Shown one piece after another: positions 31,174 to 42,124 of a stretch of DNA of 64,000 nucleotides. Under the pieces are notes generated by a model, which saw only the letters and a program-made list of their open reading frames with translations, was not told where the DNA came from and did no database searches. How positions within the stretch are numbered: the first letter of the stretch is position 1; every line of letters starts with the position of its first letter. The position numbers were made by a program, and so were the translations under genes. Source of the DNA: an uncultured Gammaproteobacteria bacterium (GTDB lineage: Bacteria; Patescibacteriota; Microgenomatia; JALYQM01); the NCBI GenBank assembly GCA_964535655.1, contig CAZHTP010000006.1, forward strand, positions 1,532 through 65,531, in the 5' to 3' direction.

Positions 31174-31983
31174 TCAAAGGTTTGGAACATCATTAACAAG
31201 CAGAATCCCCAAGCTAACAAAATAAAGAGTCGAAACATAAAATACGTCAGGATAGTCCGCTATAAAATAAAGTCCTTGGTTAAACCGATAAAAAAAGAAA
31301 AAATCGGCAAGATAAACAGTAGTGAATCCACAAACTAAAAACACTACCGCATTTCCTATTCCAATTTTTCTATATGCGCCTAAAGATAATAGCAAGAAAA
31401 AACTAAGTGCTAAAATCAATGAATCCCCCAAATTATAATATAAATCCAAAGCAAAGGAAGTGGGGCTTGCTGCACTTTGCAAATTCAATGGACGAACCTG
31501 AACTATAACTAAAAATGCTGAAACGCCTACTGCAATTACAATAAACGGAATAATGGTATGCAAAAGCATAGTTGGGAAACTTACCGTATCCTCTACAGTT
31601 CGACCCAATCCAAGAAGTAACAGTATCCCCAAACACGCCAACAGTGGAAAAGCTCCATAAAAAATATCGGCTACACCAGGATAGGGAACTTCACTTATAT
31701 TCGAGAAATTATAATAAGAAAAAACTAAAGCCCCAATAGACTGAAACACAACTGCCAACGAAAAGGCTAATATACTGTAAGCGAATCGAGGTGACTTAGT
31801 TCTCCAACGAAAAAATTTACCTAAGCAAGCACCACCACTTAAGAATCCAAAAATAGCGATAGAAAGATTGAACCAATAATTTTCAGCACCACGGGATTGC
31901 CTAAGATATATAAAACACCACCAAGTAATTAATATTGCAAAAGATGAGTGAAATAGAATTCTAAGAATACGCGTGTAAGACAT
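31174..31983 (-). CDS. Multi-pass membrane protein (sensor N-terminal-like)
   Basis: 7-8 TM segments, PYPGVADIFY motif. Confidence 0.7.
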   Translation of the reverse strand: MSYTRILRILFHSSFAILITWWCFIYLRQSRGAENYWFNLSIAIFGFLSGGACLGKFFRWRTKSPRFAYSILAFSLAVVFQSIGALVFSYYNFSNISEVPYPGVADIFYGAFPLLACLGILLLLGLGRTVEDTVSFPTMLLHTIIPFIVIAVGVSAFLVIVQVRPLNLQSAASPTSFALDLYYNLGDSLILALSFFLLLSLGAYRKIGIGNAVVFLVCGFTTVYLADFFFFYRFNQGLYFIADYPDVFYVSTLYFVSLGILLVNDVPNL

Positions 31984-32080
31984 AATGTAAGAATAGCCTA
32001 CCTAACAAAGATAATCAATTGACAACATAATTTATGTTTATCGTGAAACAACATTGGTGTACAGTGTTCATTAATCCCAA

Positions 32081-32980
32081 CTAGTTACCATTATATGCAT
32101 CAATTAATTTTTGAACATCCAACTTTTTCATCTGCATCATAGCGTCCAGAGCCCGTTTTGAACCTTCAGGATCTTTTCCGCCTACGGTTTCTTCCAAAGC
32201 CTTCGGAACAATCTGCCAGGAAATACCATAACGATCTTTTACCCAACCGCACTGCTCGGCCTCAGGAGTATGAGATAATTTTTCCCAAAAGTAGTCCACT
32301 TCTGCTTGATCAGCACAGGCGACATAAAAAGAAATTGCGCTCCCCACTTCAAATGTATGCCCCATACCACTCTCCATTAATGTAAACTGCTCACCACCTA
32401 AAGTAAACGCAGAATACATAACTCTTCCTACCTCATCGCCTTCGCCTTCTTCGTAGTGAGAAATCATCTCAACTGAAGAATTCTTAAAAACGCTTACATA
32501 GTAGTTGATCGCTTCTTCTGCTTTACCAACCTTATCACCAACTAACATGATTGAATTAGAAATTAGTTTCGGCTTTTTACCTACACTAATTTGCCATGAC
32601 ACTCCAAACTTATCACTAATCCACGCAAATTTTTCGCTAAAAGGATATGTATCCAGAGGCATCATTACAGTACCACCTTCTACAAGTTTTGCATAATATG
32701 ATTCAACAGCTGCAATAGTTTCGCAGTTAACAAAAAACCCTACTGAGGGGTTAAAAGTAAAGACATTAGGACCACCGTCCAAACACATAAAGCGTTGCCC
32801 AAAAAGTTCAAACACCCCATTAATTACTTTTCCTTCCATTCCTGCCAGTGGTCCTTCGGTATAACCCGTAGGGTAGCGCACAATATCTATAATCTTAGAA
32901 TCTTCAAAAACAGAAGTATAAAACTGCATTGCAGCTTCTGAATCTTTCTCAAACCAAAAAAATGGGGTAATTTTTTGCAT
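32081..32980 (-). CDS. Tandem-domain VOC/PhnB family protein
   Basis: QKITPF.WF, DKFGVSWQ, CGWVKDRYGISWQIVP. Confidence 0.9.
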   Translation of the reverse strand: MQKITPFFWFEKDSEAAMQFYTSVFEDSKIIDIVRYPTGYTEGPLAGMEGKVINGVFELFGQRFMCLDGGPNVFTFNPSVGFFVNCETIAAVESYYAKLVEGGTVMMPLDTYPFSEKFAWISDKFGVSWQISVGKKPKLISNSIMLVGDKVGKAEEAINYYVSVFKNSSVEMISHYEEGEGDEVGRVMYSAFTLGGEQFTLMESGMGHTFEVGSAISFYVACADQAEVDYFWEKLSHTPEAEQCGWVKDRYGISWQIVPKALEETVGGKDPEGSKRALDAMMQMKKLDVQKLIDAYNGN

Positions 32981-33001
32981 TCTATCCTCCTTGCAATAAC
33001 C

Positions 33002-34192
33002 TTAAAAAGCAGACTCTTTTCTACCTGGACGTAGTACCTGAAACGATAACACAAAGCAGATCAACACCAAAACTGCACCCGTCAAAAATGTCATTGGAAT
33101 TGAGGTCGCAGTTGCAATGTATCCTCCCAATAACGGCCCAACAATCATACCAATACTTTGATAAGACGAATTAAGTCCCATAATTGTCCCCTGCGATCTC
33201 TCATCAGCTTCTTGAGACAAAATTGTAGGTAACAATGTTTGTACAATACTATTAACTACGCCAAGAATTAACGACGCAACAACAAATACAGGAAGCGTAG
33301 TCGAAAAGAACATTAATATAAAGGATAAAGCTACAGCCAAAATTCCGTAGGTAAAGGTATTTTTCATCCCAAACATCTTAGAAACCCGACCAACAATAAA
33401 ATTCTGCGAGATCAATCCAACAATACCAAAGGTCATAAAGAGATAAGAATTTTGAGCCTCAGTTATATGTAAAACATTCTTGGTAAACGGTTGAAATCCA
33501 TAAATAATGGCGCAAGAGAAAGCCAACATGAAGATCAAGGTAATTATAAACGTGGTACCTACATTTGGATCAAACAAAGTATGCCACATCTTTTTAAAGT
33601 CAAACAACTTGCCTTTTTGTACTTCACCCATATGCTTATTAGTTTCAGGCAAATAGAGGTAAGTCAATACTGCCGCAACAGCAGTGATTATCCCTGCAAT
33701 AACAAAAGGAACCCCTACCCCATAGCCAAGAGACAATACTATTCCCGCAATTGCCGGACCAAAAATAAATCCAAAGTTAAAAGCTGAACCAATTAAGCCG
33801 AAAGCTCCAGCTCGTTCCTCAGGCTTTGTAGAATCCGAAATCACCGCAAAAGCAACTGGAATATTTCCAGCAGTGATACCATCTAAAGCTCGAGCAAGGA
33901 ATAAAAAGATCGCACTTGGTGCAAACGCCGTCATAAAGAACGATAACGCAGTCCCAATAATTGAAACCAACAGTAATGGCCGCCGACCATATTTATCAGA
34001 CATGCGTCCAATTATCGGGGTAGATACAAATTGGCACACCGAATAAACAGCAAACAGCTCAGCATTCTGAAAGTCAGACAGACCAAATCTTTTTGAATAC
34101 GCATAAAGTATCGGAATAATAATCCCATACCCAAGCATGTTCACAAACGCAATAAGAGCGATAATAAGAAGGTTTCTATTACTTTTTATCAT
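33002..34192 (-). CDS. MFS transporter, TetA/DHA1-like
   Basis: GRMSDKYGRRP, ARALDGITAGN, GFIFGPAIAG. Confidence 0.9.
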   Translation of the reverse strand: MIKSNRNLLIIALIAFVNMLGYGIIIPILYAYSKRFGLSDFQNAELFAVYSVCQFVSTPIIGRMSDKYGRRPLLLVSIIGTALSFFMTAFAPSAIFLFLARALDGITAGNIPVAFAVISDSTKPEERAGAFGLIGSAFNFGFIFGPAIAGIVLSLGYGVGVPFVIAGIITAVAAVLTYLYLPETNKHMGEVQKGKLFDFKKMWHTLFDPNVGTTFIITLIFMLAFSCAIIYGFQPFTKNVLHITEAQNSYLFMTFGIVGLISQNFIVGRVSKMFGMKNTFTYGILAVALSFILMFFSTTLPVFVVASLILGVVNSIVQTLLPTILSQEADERSQGTIMGLNSSYQSIGMIVGPLLGGYIATATSIPMTFLTGAVLVLICFVLSFQVLRPGRKESAF

Positions 34193-34203
34193 AGGTAAAA
34201 ATT

Positions 34204-34611
34204 CTATGCATGACTTCCAGTAATATTCACCATCCACCCTATACCAAACTTATCTGTTAACATGCCAAACATATCTCCCCAAGGAGCCTTATCGAGTGCT
34301 ACTTCTACGTGAGCACCATCAGTTAAAGCTTCCCAATATCCTTTAAGCAAAGCTTCATCGTCCCCGCTCAAAGACATTCTAATATTTTGACCAGGATCAA
34401 AAGTCATTTCAGAAGGCACATCAGATGCCATAAACAATACGCCATTATCGCCTTCAAGAGTCGCATGCATTACACCATCTTTTTCCGAAGGGTCATGCGC
34501 CATCTCGCCAAATGTGCTAATATCCAACTTTCCACCAAAAATAGATTTATAAAATTCCATTGCCTCACGAGCATTGGACTTAAAACTTAAATACGGATTA
34601 AGGCGAACCAT
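34204..34611 (-). CDS. VOC/PhnB family protein
   Basis: LNPYLSF, VMHATL, FGMLTDKFGIGWMVN. Confidence 0.9.
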   Translation of the reverse strand: MVRLNPYLSFKSNAREAMEFYKSIFGGKLDISTFGEMAHDPSEKDGVMHATLEGDNGVLFMASDVPSEMTFDPGQNIRMSLSGDDEALLKGYWEALTDGAHVEVALDKAPWGDMFGMLTDKFGIGWMVNITGSHA

Positions 34612-34770
34612 AGAAAACTCCTTTCAGAGGTAATGAGTGATATATATCACATTATACACTATTCGATCGTGGAAGGTATATTGAATCTAAGCTCAACTAT
34701 GATATAATAATAACTATAGGTTTATTAAATTTTTCTTGTATATCACTATTTAGAGTGGTACCGTAATACT

Positions 34771-35697
34771 ATGGATAATGAAGTAACCAGTTCAAACTTA
34801 GCAGAAGTTGGCATAGAAAATTTCCCTGGGGATACATTTACCACTACCCCTCCTCAGGAATATATTGTCCGCCCAGAGCATACCGATGGAATTCCCCGAT
34901 TAATGGACAGTCTTGGAGAAAATGCCCCCTTAACACCCGAGGAACGAAAAAGCCTAGTAAATTTTGAAGAAAGACTTATTCAGTACGAAAAAAAGGCTAT
35001 AGAAAATGGCAAACCGGTCGGCATAGATTACTTTGCCAACTACAAACCAGGCTTCAAAGAAAAATTTGTCGCAGCCGGCGGAGCGGCCGCGCTCGCTGTA
35101 TTAATCCCAATCGTACTAAAAATGCAGGAAGGTGTTACCTACATCGATCAAGAAACAGGAGAAGAAAAGCCAATCTCGTTATTCTACACTCCAGATGGGA
35201 AAAAAGGGAGTGAAGTTCTCAAATTTCAATCAATGGATCCTTCTAAACAACTTTCAGAAGAGCAAAAGCAAAGAGCATCATTGCTCGGTAAGTTACCCGA
35301 TGATCCACGCATCATTAAAGGCATGAAAGCATTAAGAAAAGCAAGTTTAGATGAAGCCCCGCAAGCATTAACTGTAGGCTGGGGTGGTGTGATGAATGTA
35401 ATTGGCCCACGAAGTTTACATCGCATGGCCGATCGGTTAAAAACGGAAAAAGTAAATGGTGTAGAAGTTCGCTACGATTTGCAATATCCGGAAATTTACC
35501 AAGTATTTGAAGAAGCCATGGAAGCAAATGTAACCAAGGGGATCGCTAGCGGATATACCGCTGTTGCACGGGGGCAAAGCACCTTTGCTCAGGCCGCAGC
35601 CGACGCAATACTAATGCGCCACGCATCTCAATATTCAGAAAACTTTATCCTCGGACAAACCTTAGTCACGGCGCTTTCTGGAAAAGGTGCTAAGTAA
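34771..35697 (+). CDS. Divergent phosphoglycosyl (bacterial sugar) transferase
   Basis: KFQSM, DDPRI..LRKASLDEAPQ, MNVIGPR, final GKGA. Confidence 0.75.
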   Translation: MDNEVTSSNLAEVGIENFPGDTFTTTPPQEYIVRPEHTDGIPRLMDSLGENAPLTPEERKSLVNFEERLIQYEKKAIENGKPVGIDYFANYKPGFKEKFVAAGGAAALAVLIPIVLKMQEGVTYIDQETGEEKPISLFYTPDGKKGSEVLKFQSMDPSKQLSEEQKQRASLLGKLPDDPRIIKGMKALRKASLDEAPQALTVGWGGVMNVIGPRSLHRMADRLKTEKVNGVEVRYDLQYPEIYQVFEEAMEANVTKGIASGYTAVARGQSTFAQAAADAILMRHASQYSENFILGQTLVTALSGKGAK

Positions 35698-35772
35698 TCA
35701 CATCCACTGTACATATACACTACAATCGTAGTATAAAAACCACACTATAGTAATTATGTGTAAGGAGGATAT

Positions 35773-36174
35773 ATGACCGTATCAGATATTGAAGGTATAG
35801 GCGAAGTTCAAGCAAAAAAACTTGCCGAGGCAGGAATAAAATCAGTCGAAGCACTACTTGAACACGGTGCTAGCGCAAGCCAACGCAAAGCGCTTTCCGA
35901 ACAAACAGGAATCAGCGAAACAATGCTTCTTGAGTGGGTTAACCGCGCAGACCTTTATCGCATTAAAGGGATAGGCTCAGAGTTTTCCGATCTTCTTGAG
36001 GCAGCAGGAGTCGACTCAGTTCCAGAACTCGCTCAAAGAAATCCTGAAAATTTATACACCACACTAATAAAGACCAACGAAGAAAAACAATTAGTTCGCA
36101 CAATGCCCACAGTAAGTCAAGTTGAAGACTTCATTGCACAGGCAAAATTATTAGACAAAGTAGTCACTCACTAA
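35773..36174 (+). CDS. DUF4332 helix-hairpin-helix protein
   Basis: IEGIG, WVNRADLYRIKGIG, LLEAAGVDSVPELAQRNP. Confidence 0.88.
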   Translation: MTVSDIEGIGEVQAKKLAEAGIKSVEALLEHGASASQRKALSEQTGISETMLLEWVNRADLYRIKGIGSEFSDLLEAAGVDSVPELAQRNPENLYTTLIKTNEEKQLVRTMPTVSQVEDFIAQAKLLDKVVTH

Positions 36175-36717
36175 CTACTTGCCGTTTTTCGGGAGGCTTT
36201 CACAAGCCTCCCCGTCTTTATTACCATCAAGACGGTTTACATCATTACCTTTTCCACCGACCCTCAGATAAAATGATTGGGCTTCAGGCTGTGTTGAAAA
36301 GTCCGAACAGTTATAGTCGTCTGCTTTTTTGCCTTTGCTCAAGTCGGTAGTAATCTCCCCCGTTTTGTCATAGAGAATATTACCTAAAGTATCCCGACTC
36401 ACTTTAGACTCTTGAAATGATTTTGTTTTCATGAGCGTGCCTAAGTCATAGTCACTCTTACTTGCTTCCAAGCCAAATGCAGCACCCAAAGCAATTAAGG
36501 CAATAGCCAAAAAAACCCGCGCTTTTGTCCAAAAAACAAAAAGAATCGCAACAATAACAAACATCCCACCAATAACCCACAATCGAAATTTATGATTCGA
36601 GCGAAGCTGCTGAAACTTCGAAGGAGATTTCACCGAATTACCAGTCACTCCGCGAGCGGTCTTCTCAGATCCAGTCTCATCATCAGTTACATCCTGATCA
36701 ACATGTTCTTTATCCAT
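36175..36717 (-). CDS. Membrane protein with a C-terminal Excalibur-like Ca-binding motif
   Basis: YNCSDF..LDGNKDGEACE. Confidence 0.75.
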   Translation of the reverse strand: MDKEHVDQDVTDDETGSEKTARGVTGNSVKSPSKFQQLRSNHKFRLWVIGGMFVIVAILFVFWTKARVFLAIALIALGAAFGLEASKSDYDLGTLMKTKSFQESKVSRDTLGNILYDKTGEITTDLSKGKKADDYNCSDFSTQPEAQSFYLRVGGKGNDVNRLDGNKDGEACESLPKNGK

Positions 36718-36794
36718 ATTTAAGATTTTACAAGAACAACCGGTGAATAACAATATGATTAATAGTACAAACGTGCTATACTATAGGATTATGA

Positions 36795-37904
36795 TTGAGG
36801 CAAATCCCTGTTTTAGACGAAAAAGTACTATCAAAATATCATTGGGATAGAGTCAAACTCTTAACCCAAGGCATAATTCCTTCGCCAAGCAACGTAGAGA
36901 TTGACCTTACAGATGAAGGGTGCAACCAGGCATGCATTCATTGTTGCTTCCAAAGCGGACGAAACAAAAAAGTCCGTAAGCTCAACTCCTCAGACTTGCT
37001 CACATTTATTAAAGAAGTATACGCAAACGGAACATCTGCGTTCGAACTCGTAGGTGGAGGAGAGCCAACCAATCACCCAGAAATTGGCCAAATAATCGAT
37101 GCCATTCACGCGCTAGATGTTAGAAAAACCCGTCCAGCAAAAATTGGCCTCGTAACCAACGGTCTTTTATTGCAAAGAATATTTAAAGAAGCCAGCGAAG
37201 GGAAAATCACCTGGGCAAGAATTAGCCTAGATTCAGCCGATCCCAACACCTACCATTTACTTCATGGAGTTCCTGCAACAAATCATTTCGCCCAAGTCCT
37301 AGCCAATATTACAGAAATAACTAAGCTAATGCCAGCAAACGATGTCGGAATTGGTTATCTTGTAGTTCCACCATATAACCATAGGTATGAGCAAATTATG
37401 GCCGGAGCGCAGCTTGCCAGTGAGTTGGGCGTCGGCCACATCGGCTTTCGACCTGCAGAGCTTGATGAGCAAATTATCTCTCAAGACATGTGGGCAGAAG
37501 CTGAAAAAGGTATTGCTGACGCTCGCTTAAAATACGGATCAATAGTAAAAGCAACGAAAGGTTCTTGGGATTTCATCACGAGTAAAAAGCAACGAGGCAG
37601 TAAATCATGTCTTACTCGCCCTCTCGTAATGGTGATTAAAGCCAATGGTGATCTTGCTTCCTGTTTTTTGTTCAGAAACGAAACAAGAAATAATGCAAAA
37701 CGCCCTATATTAGGCAACATTAAGCAAGGATATGAGGCAGTTTGGCTGGGGGAAGCACATCGCGCTAGCCTGCGCGCGGTCAACCGCGATGAATGCCCTT
37801 CTCCATGCAAACTCGATCGATCAAACTATACAGCAGAGCAGGTTCTTGCAGGGGTTCAGCCCTTCAGGGAAGTTTCTCAAATTCAACATACTGAATTTAT
37901 TTAA
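36795..37904 (+). CDS. Radical SAM protein with SPASM/twitch domain
   Basis: CNQACIHC, GGGEP, C-terminal C..G...C..GN..C..PC. Confidence 0.88.
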   Translation: MRQIPVLDEKVLSKYHWDRVKLLTQGIIPSPSNVEIDLTDEGCNQACIHCCFQSGRNKKVRKLNSSDLLTFIKEVYANGTSAFELVGGGEPTNHPEIGQIIDAIHALDVRKTRPAKIGLVTNGLLLQRIFKEASEGKITWARISLDSADPNTYHLLHGVPATNHFAQVLANITEITKLMPANDVGIGYLVVPPYNHRYEQIMAGAQLASELGVGHIGFRPAELDEQIISQDMWAEAEKGIADARLKYGSIVKATKGSWDFITSKKQRGSKSCLTRPLVMVIKANGDLASCFLFRNETRNNAKRPILGNIKQGYEAVWLGEAHRASLRAVNRDECPSPCKLDRSNYTAEQVLAGVQPFREVSQIQHTEFI

Positions 37905-37915
37905 TGCAAATTCGT

Positions 37916-38335
37916 TCAAATCTGTCCTGCTCCACCCACTTTTTCAGCTCTCTTAATAATTTCAGTAAGAACATCCAAATCAACATCCGAAACCCCTTTA
38001 AAGCGAATACAGCTTTTACCAATACTCACCTTAGGTAATCTACCTTTATATTTTTCGGCGATATATTCGCCATCTTCAATCGCACAAACATACACCGAAA
38101 TATAATTTTTTTGATTTGCAAGACAAATCAGCGACCAATCTCCTTCTTTGCCGCTTGCATAGCGGTAATGGTACGTACCATAACCAATCATCCCAGAAAG
38201 AATATGAGGTTCAAAGGAGGGTAATGCTTTTTTAATCAGCTCATGAATCGTTTCAAAATCCTGCCGACGCGACTCAGGAAGAGATTCGACATACTCATCG
38301 GGGGTTAAAGCCGTAGTAGACTTAAACATATTCAT
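37916..38335 (-). CDS. DUF1801 family protein
   Basis: MIGYG.YHYRYASG.EGDW, QKNYIS.Y, GKSCIRFK. Confidence 0.88.
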   Translation of the reverse strand: MNMFKSTTALTPDEYVESLPESRRQDFETIHELIKKALPSFEPHILSGMIGYGTYHYRYASGKEGDWSLICLANQKNYISVYVCAIEDGEYIAEKYKGRLPKVSIGKSCIRFKGVSDVDLDVLTEIIKRAEKVGGAGQI

Positions 38336-38451
38336 AGCCAAAGTATACCAGATTACAAAAACCACACTCAAACAGAAAATATACATGTAGCTCTCTCTTT
38401 GGTATACTAACTTTGGTTTATCGCAATAACAGCTTTAACATAACAATACTA

Positions 38452-39204
38452 ATGTCAGAACAAACCGGAGAATCACCATCATCTCAAATAAAAGAGGATA
38501 TTAAAGCCGATCAATTTGATCGCACACTTATCGAAATGACCCATTTACCATGGGCTTATGGAGTTTGGCCAACACACATCGATACAGGTGCCTCTTGGGC
38601 AAGTCGCATGGATCAACTCATGGTAGAAACCATGAACCATCCAGATAAAGTTGAACATGCTCGCACGGCCTTAGTGCGAAATGGAGTGATCCATTACGAT
38701 CAGCAATCAACAATTGGAAAAATAACAGATCATGGGCAAGAGGTAGTAACAGTAATACCCGTAAGAACTCAATCTTATCCAACAATTATTAAAGGGCAAG
38801 TCAAAGTTTATACAAAAACTGACGCAGGGCTATTACAAATTCATACTCATGGAGACCAATTCGAACCTCCATCGCCTTCCGATTTTACTCGACTTCTTAT
38901 TGAAGGTTCCCATCCGGCAGCCACAGTAATGGAAGCAATAGTTACACAAAACCTGCGAATCCTCATGTTTCGCACCCTCGAATCACCAGAATTAGCACTT
39001 GAGCGAGCCTTAAATAATGTTGGAAAATGGGTCCAAACTCTCCGAACCAAATTAGCAACATATCAAGAGCACCACGACCCAGGCGAAGATTACAACCGCT
39101 ACAAGTATCGCGTCGGATCTCAAGCTCTGCGTGACATCGCCAAAGCCACAAAGGTGCGCCTTTACTCCTCAACTGGCGGATCACAATTTACACGGTTTGA
39201 ATAA
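38452..39204 (+). CDS. Hypothetical protein with a JAB/MPN-like metal motif
   Basis: IHTHG..PSPSD with upstream VEH. Confidence 0.55.
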   Translation: MSEQTGESPSSQIKEDIKADQFDRTLIEMTHLPWAYGVWPTHIDTGASWASRMDQLMVETMNHPDKVEHARTALVRNGVIHYDQQSTIGKITDHGQEVVTVIPVRTQSYPTIIKGQVKVYTKTDAGLLQIHTHGDQFEPPSPSDFTRLLIEGSHPAATVMEAIVTQNLRILMFRTLESPELALERALNNVGKWVQTLRTKLATYQEHHDPGEDYNRYKYRVGSQALRDIAKATKVRLYSSTGGSQFTRFE

Positions 39205-39425
39205 ATACTGTGAAAAAATCTCCTATGTATAAATCTCTTCGCGTTTCGGCTTCAATTTGCCATCATCAGATAGAGAAAACTCTATAACGCGGGGTATGGA
39301 TCGGCTGGTGGCTTTGCGAGAAAAAACTCAAATAACTAAGACTGCTTAAAAAGCAGCCAAAGCACTTAAATCTCATCAAGCAAGGCAACCATTCGCGCCG
39401 ATCCATACATACCGCAGACAACCTC

Positions 39426-40049
39426 CTAGTCAATGAACTCAAACTTCCTAATTTTCTCCTTATCAGCATCAAGGGCGATCCCCTTGTGGGGTCGCTCATG
39501 ATTAATGGAACGGATAATGAGAACCGACCAAATACCAGCTACAATCGATATAACGGCTGTCACAAGATTGACTGGCAATGAATAGCTTGTAATACTTACC
39601 AACCAGCTACCAATTGCCGCAATCATGAGCAGACCGATAATCGATGTGAATGCATCCTTAGCAATGCCGCCGATATTTGTAGACGGGAAAGGAGTAGAAA
39701 TTCGTTCGGCACCCAAGGTCTGCAAGAAAAGTTCAATCCTGTAGCGAACCTCAGCCTGTTGCCCAATCTTCTTATTGATCGCGGACCACTCCTTTGCTCG
39801 ATTATGGAAGTAGACAAGCGCAAGGAACGCACCAAGCGTTACTGCAGGAACTGGTAACTGGATCGGGGACACTGATGTAGAGAGCGGCTGTGCAACAAGA
39901 AACACGCCAAGGGTGAGGATCTTCTCCCAGGATTCTTTAACGATATCCTGTCGATCACTCTTTCCAGACAGAATCTCATCAAACATTTGTTGATGCGATT
40001 GAATCAATAATTCAATCTGCGCCGCGTTTGGCTGTTGAAGAGTTTCCAT
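39426..40049 (-). CDS. Hypothetical 4-TM membrane protein
   Basis: AGGAG RBS, two pairs of hydrophobic helices, GC higher than flanks. Confidence 0.6.
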   Translation of the reverse strand: METLQQPNAAQIELLIQSHQQMFDEILSGKSDRQDIVKESWEKILTLGVFLVAQPLSTSVSPIQLPVPAVTLGAFLALVYFHNRAKEWSAINKKIGQQAEVRYRIELFLQTLGAERISTPFPSTNIGGIAKDAFTSIIGLLMIAAIGSWLVSITSYSLPVNLVTAVISIVAGIWSVLIIRSINHERPHKGIALDADKEKIRKFEFID

Positions 40050-41029
40050 TGTACACTCCTTTTGATTAAATAACGGGAGTTTCGGTGGTTGTGTCTGCGT
40101 CGTAAAGCTCACAACAACACGCTAAGGGATGAAGTGACATACTTCGTCACATTCACGCTCAACGCGTCATTTTAGCCTACTTGGCCAACACCCAAAATGA
40201 GCTCAATTCAATTCAGCCCATATTGGGTGCCGTCATGTAGGATTAGATTTAAGCTTTACACTTTAAATGTGCAACTAGCTCAAAATGAGCCAGGCTCAAA
40301 CTCAGTAAAGCTTATTTAAGCTCAAATATGAGTTCAAGCACTTTGTATTTTAGCACAGAATATCACTTTTGTAAATACTATAGGATATTATCGTAATTGT
40401 TATGATTTACCCCTTGGATGGACTAAAACACATGGTTCAAAACCACTTTTTACAGGAGTACTAACCAAGTTTCCCTGAAGCACCAATTTCTTGATAGATA
40501 CCCTTCACCTTCTCCATCTCTTTTGAAAATACCCACACTCCCTCATACTCTTCCACTTTGCCCGATGCATAAAAGCTACTCAATCCTCCGCCATCAAGTT
40601 CACACAAACCACAAAAGCACTAACAAAACACATTCGATACCGAAAGATACATCAATTATTTGAAATTACCACAAAATGAACCATTTTCCCACCAAGAGCG
40701 AGTATCATCCGAGTATCTCGTAATCCCTACTCTACAAACAGCTGTTACATGAGAATTTTCTACAAATACACCGAGTACTTTATTGTTTTGATCATTATTT
40801 GCATATATCCCTATACCAGTTTTTGGCTCCTGAACTCGGCAAGATGACAAGGCAAGCCCAACAAAAACAATCGCAAAATTCTTCTTAAAGTGGGATTTCC
40901 TCCCAAAAGACTAGGGTGCGTAACTTCTGGAGAGATTTGTTCAGGTTGAGACATAACGTGATAATTATAATATAATCACAACACAAAGTCAAAGTATACC
41001 CAGAGGCACAATTGAGACTAAGGCGATAA

Positions 41030-42124
41030 TTAACCATTAATTATTCCTAGTAATTTATAAAATGCATACAACTTTGCACCGGCATTTCCTTTTTGATCTA
41101 GTATTTCCTCAACAATCCCATCTTTCTGCAATTGTTCCACAAATCTAACAGCCGTCAATCGAGCCTTTAATCCTAATTTTTCTTGCAATTTTGGGATAGT
41201 AAATATTGGTGAATCAAACATGAAATCAATAAATCTACTCATGTACGGGGATTTGGATGTTTCATACTTTGACTGAATTTCTTTGTGCAAAGTTTTGATA
41301 CTTTCTATCAGATGCAGTGTCTCTTTCGCTTGCTCTGTAATTGCACTAAAAAAGAATCTTAACCAGCCTTCATATTCCCCAGAGCTATCCACTTTCCTAA
41401 GCGCCTCTCTGTATTCATCAGGGCGCGCTTCAAAATACCCGCTACTATAAACTATAGGTAGGGATAAATCACCTTTATAATGCAGAACCAAAGGAATTAA
41501 TAATCTCCCAATTCTACCGTTACCATCTTCAAACGGATGAACCGCTTCAAATTGGTAGTGTATTACTCCAGCCTTCACTAATGGCATATCCCCTTCGTCA
41601 TCCTCTATATATTTCAAAATATTGTCCATATAGGCTGGTATATGAATATGTTCAGGCGGAACATACAGGGCTTTTTCAATTGGATCTGTTGCTCTTTCGG
41701 CAATCCAAACTTTATCTGAACGAAAAGCTCCCAAAGCTCCTTTATGTCGCACACCTTTTAATAATGTTCCATGTAATGATTTAATTAGTTGAGAAGTTAG
41801 CTGACCTCCAACTTTAATTCCATGTATTGCATCAAGCATTGCAATTCTATAGTTAGACACTACCGGGGTATCTGAAAATGTCGGCTTTCCACCTGCATCG
41901 TAAATATATATATCCGAGGAAGTACTCTGTGTCCCTTCGATTTTAGAGCTAACTGCCGCTTCTCTAGCGACGAGAGGGCCGATCAAGTGCATTGCATTCT
42001 TCACTCCACCCTGCGAACCTTGAAGTAGACCTATAGCATATTGAGCTGTAGCTAATTCTTTTGCAAACTTACCATAGTCAAGTTTTGGGGGTAAATATTC
42101 AGGTAAATGATGTTTTATCTTCAT
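41030..42124 (-). CDS. Fic family protein with an N-terminal autoinhibitory motif and C-terminal HTH
   Basis: HPFEDGNGRIGR; SSKIEG. Confidence 0.93.
   Translation of the reverse strand: MKIKHHLPEYLPPKLDYGKFAKELATAQYAIGLLQGSQGGVKNAMHLIGPLVAREAAVSSKIEGTQSTSSDIYIYDAGGKPTFSDTPVVSNYRIAMLDAIHGIKVGGQLTSQLIKSLHGTLLKGVRHKGALGAFRSDKVWIAERATDPIEKALYVPPEHIHIPAYMDNILKYIEDDEGDMPLVKAGVIHYQFEAVHPFEDGNGRIGRLLIPLVLHYKGDLSLPIVYSSGYFEARPDEYREALRKVDSSGEYEGWLRFFFSAITEQAKETLHLIESIKTLHKEIQSKYETSKSPYMSRFIDFMFDSPIFTIPKLQEKLGLKARLTAVRFVEQLQKDGIVEEILDQKGNAGAKLYAFYKLLGIING

Noticed and set aside
39266-39499. 77-aa minus-strand ORF
   Set aside because: Overlaps the upstream gene with atypical composition; likely shadow or decayed sequence
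40460-40954. Fragments of minus-strand genes, one lipoprotein-like
   Set aside because: Frameshifted and too short to identify
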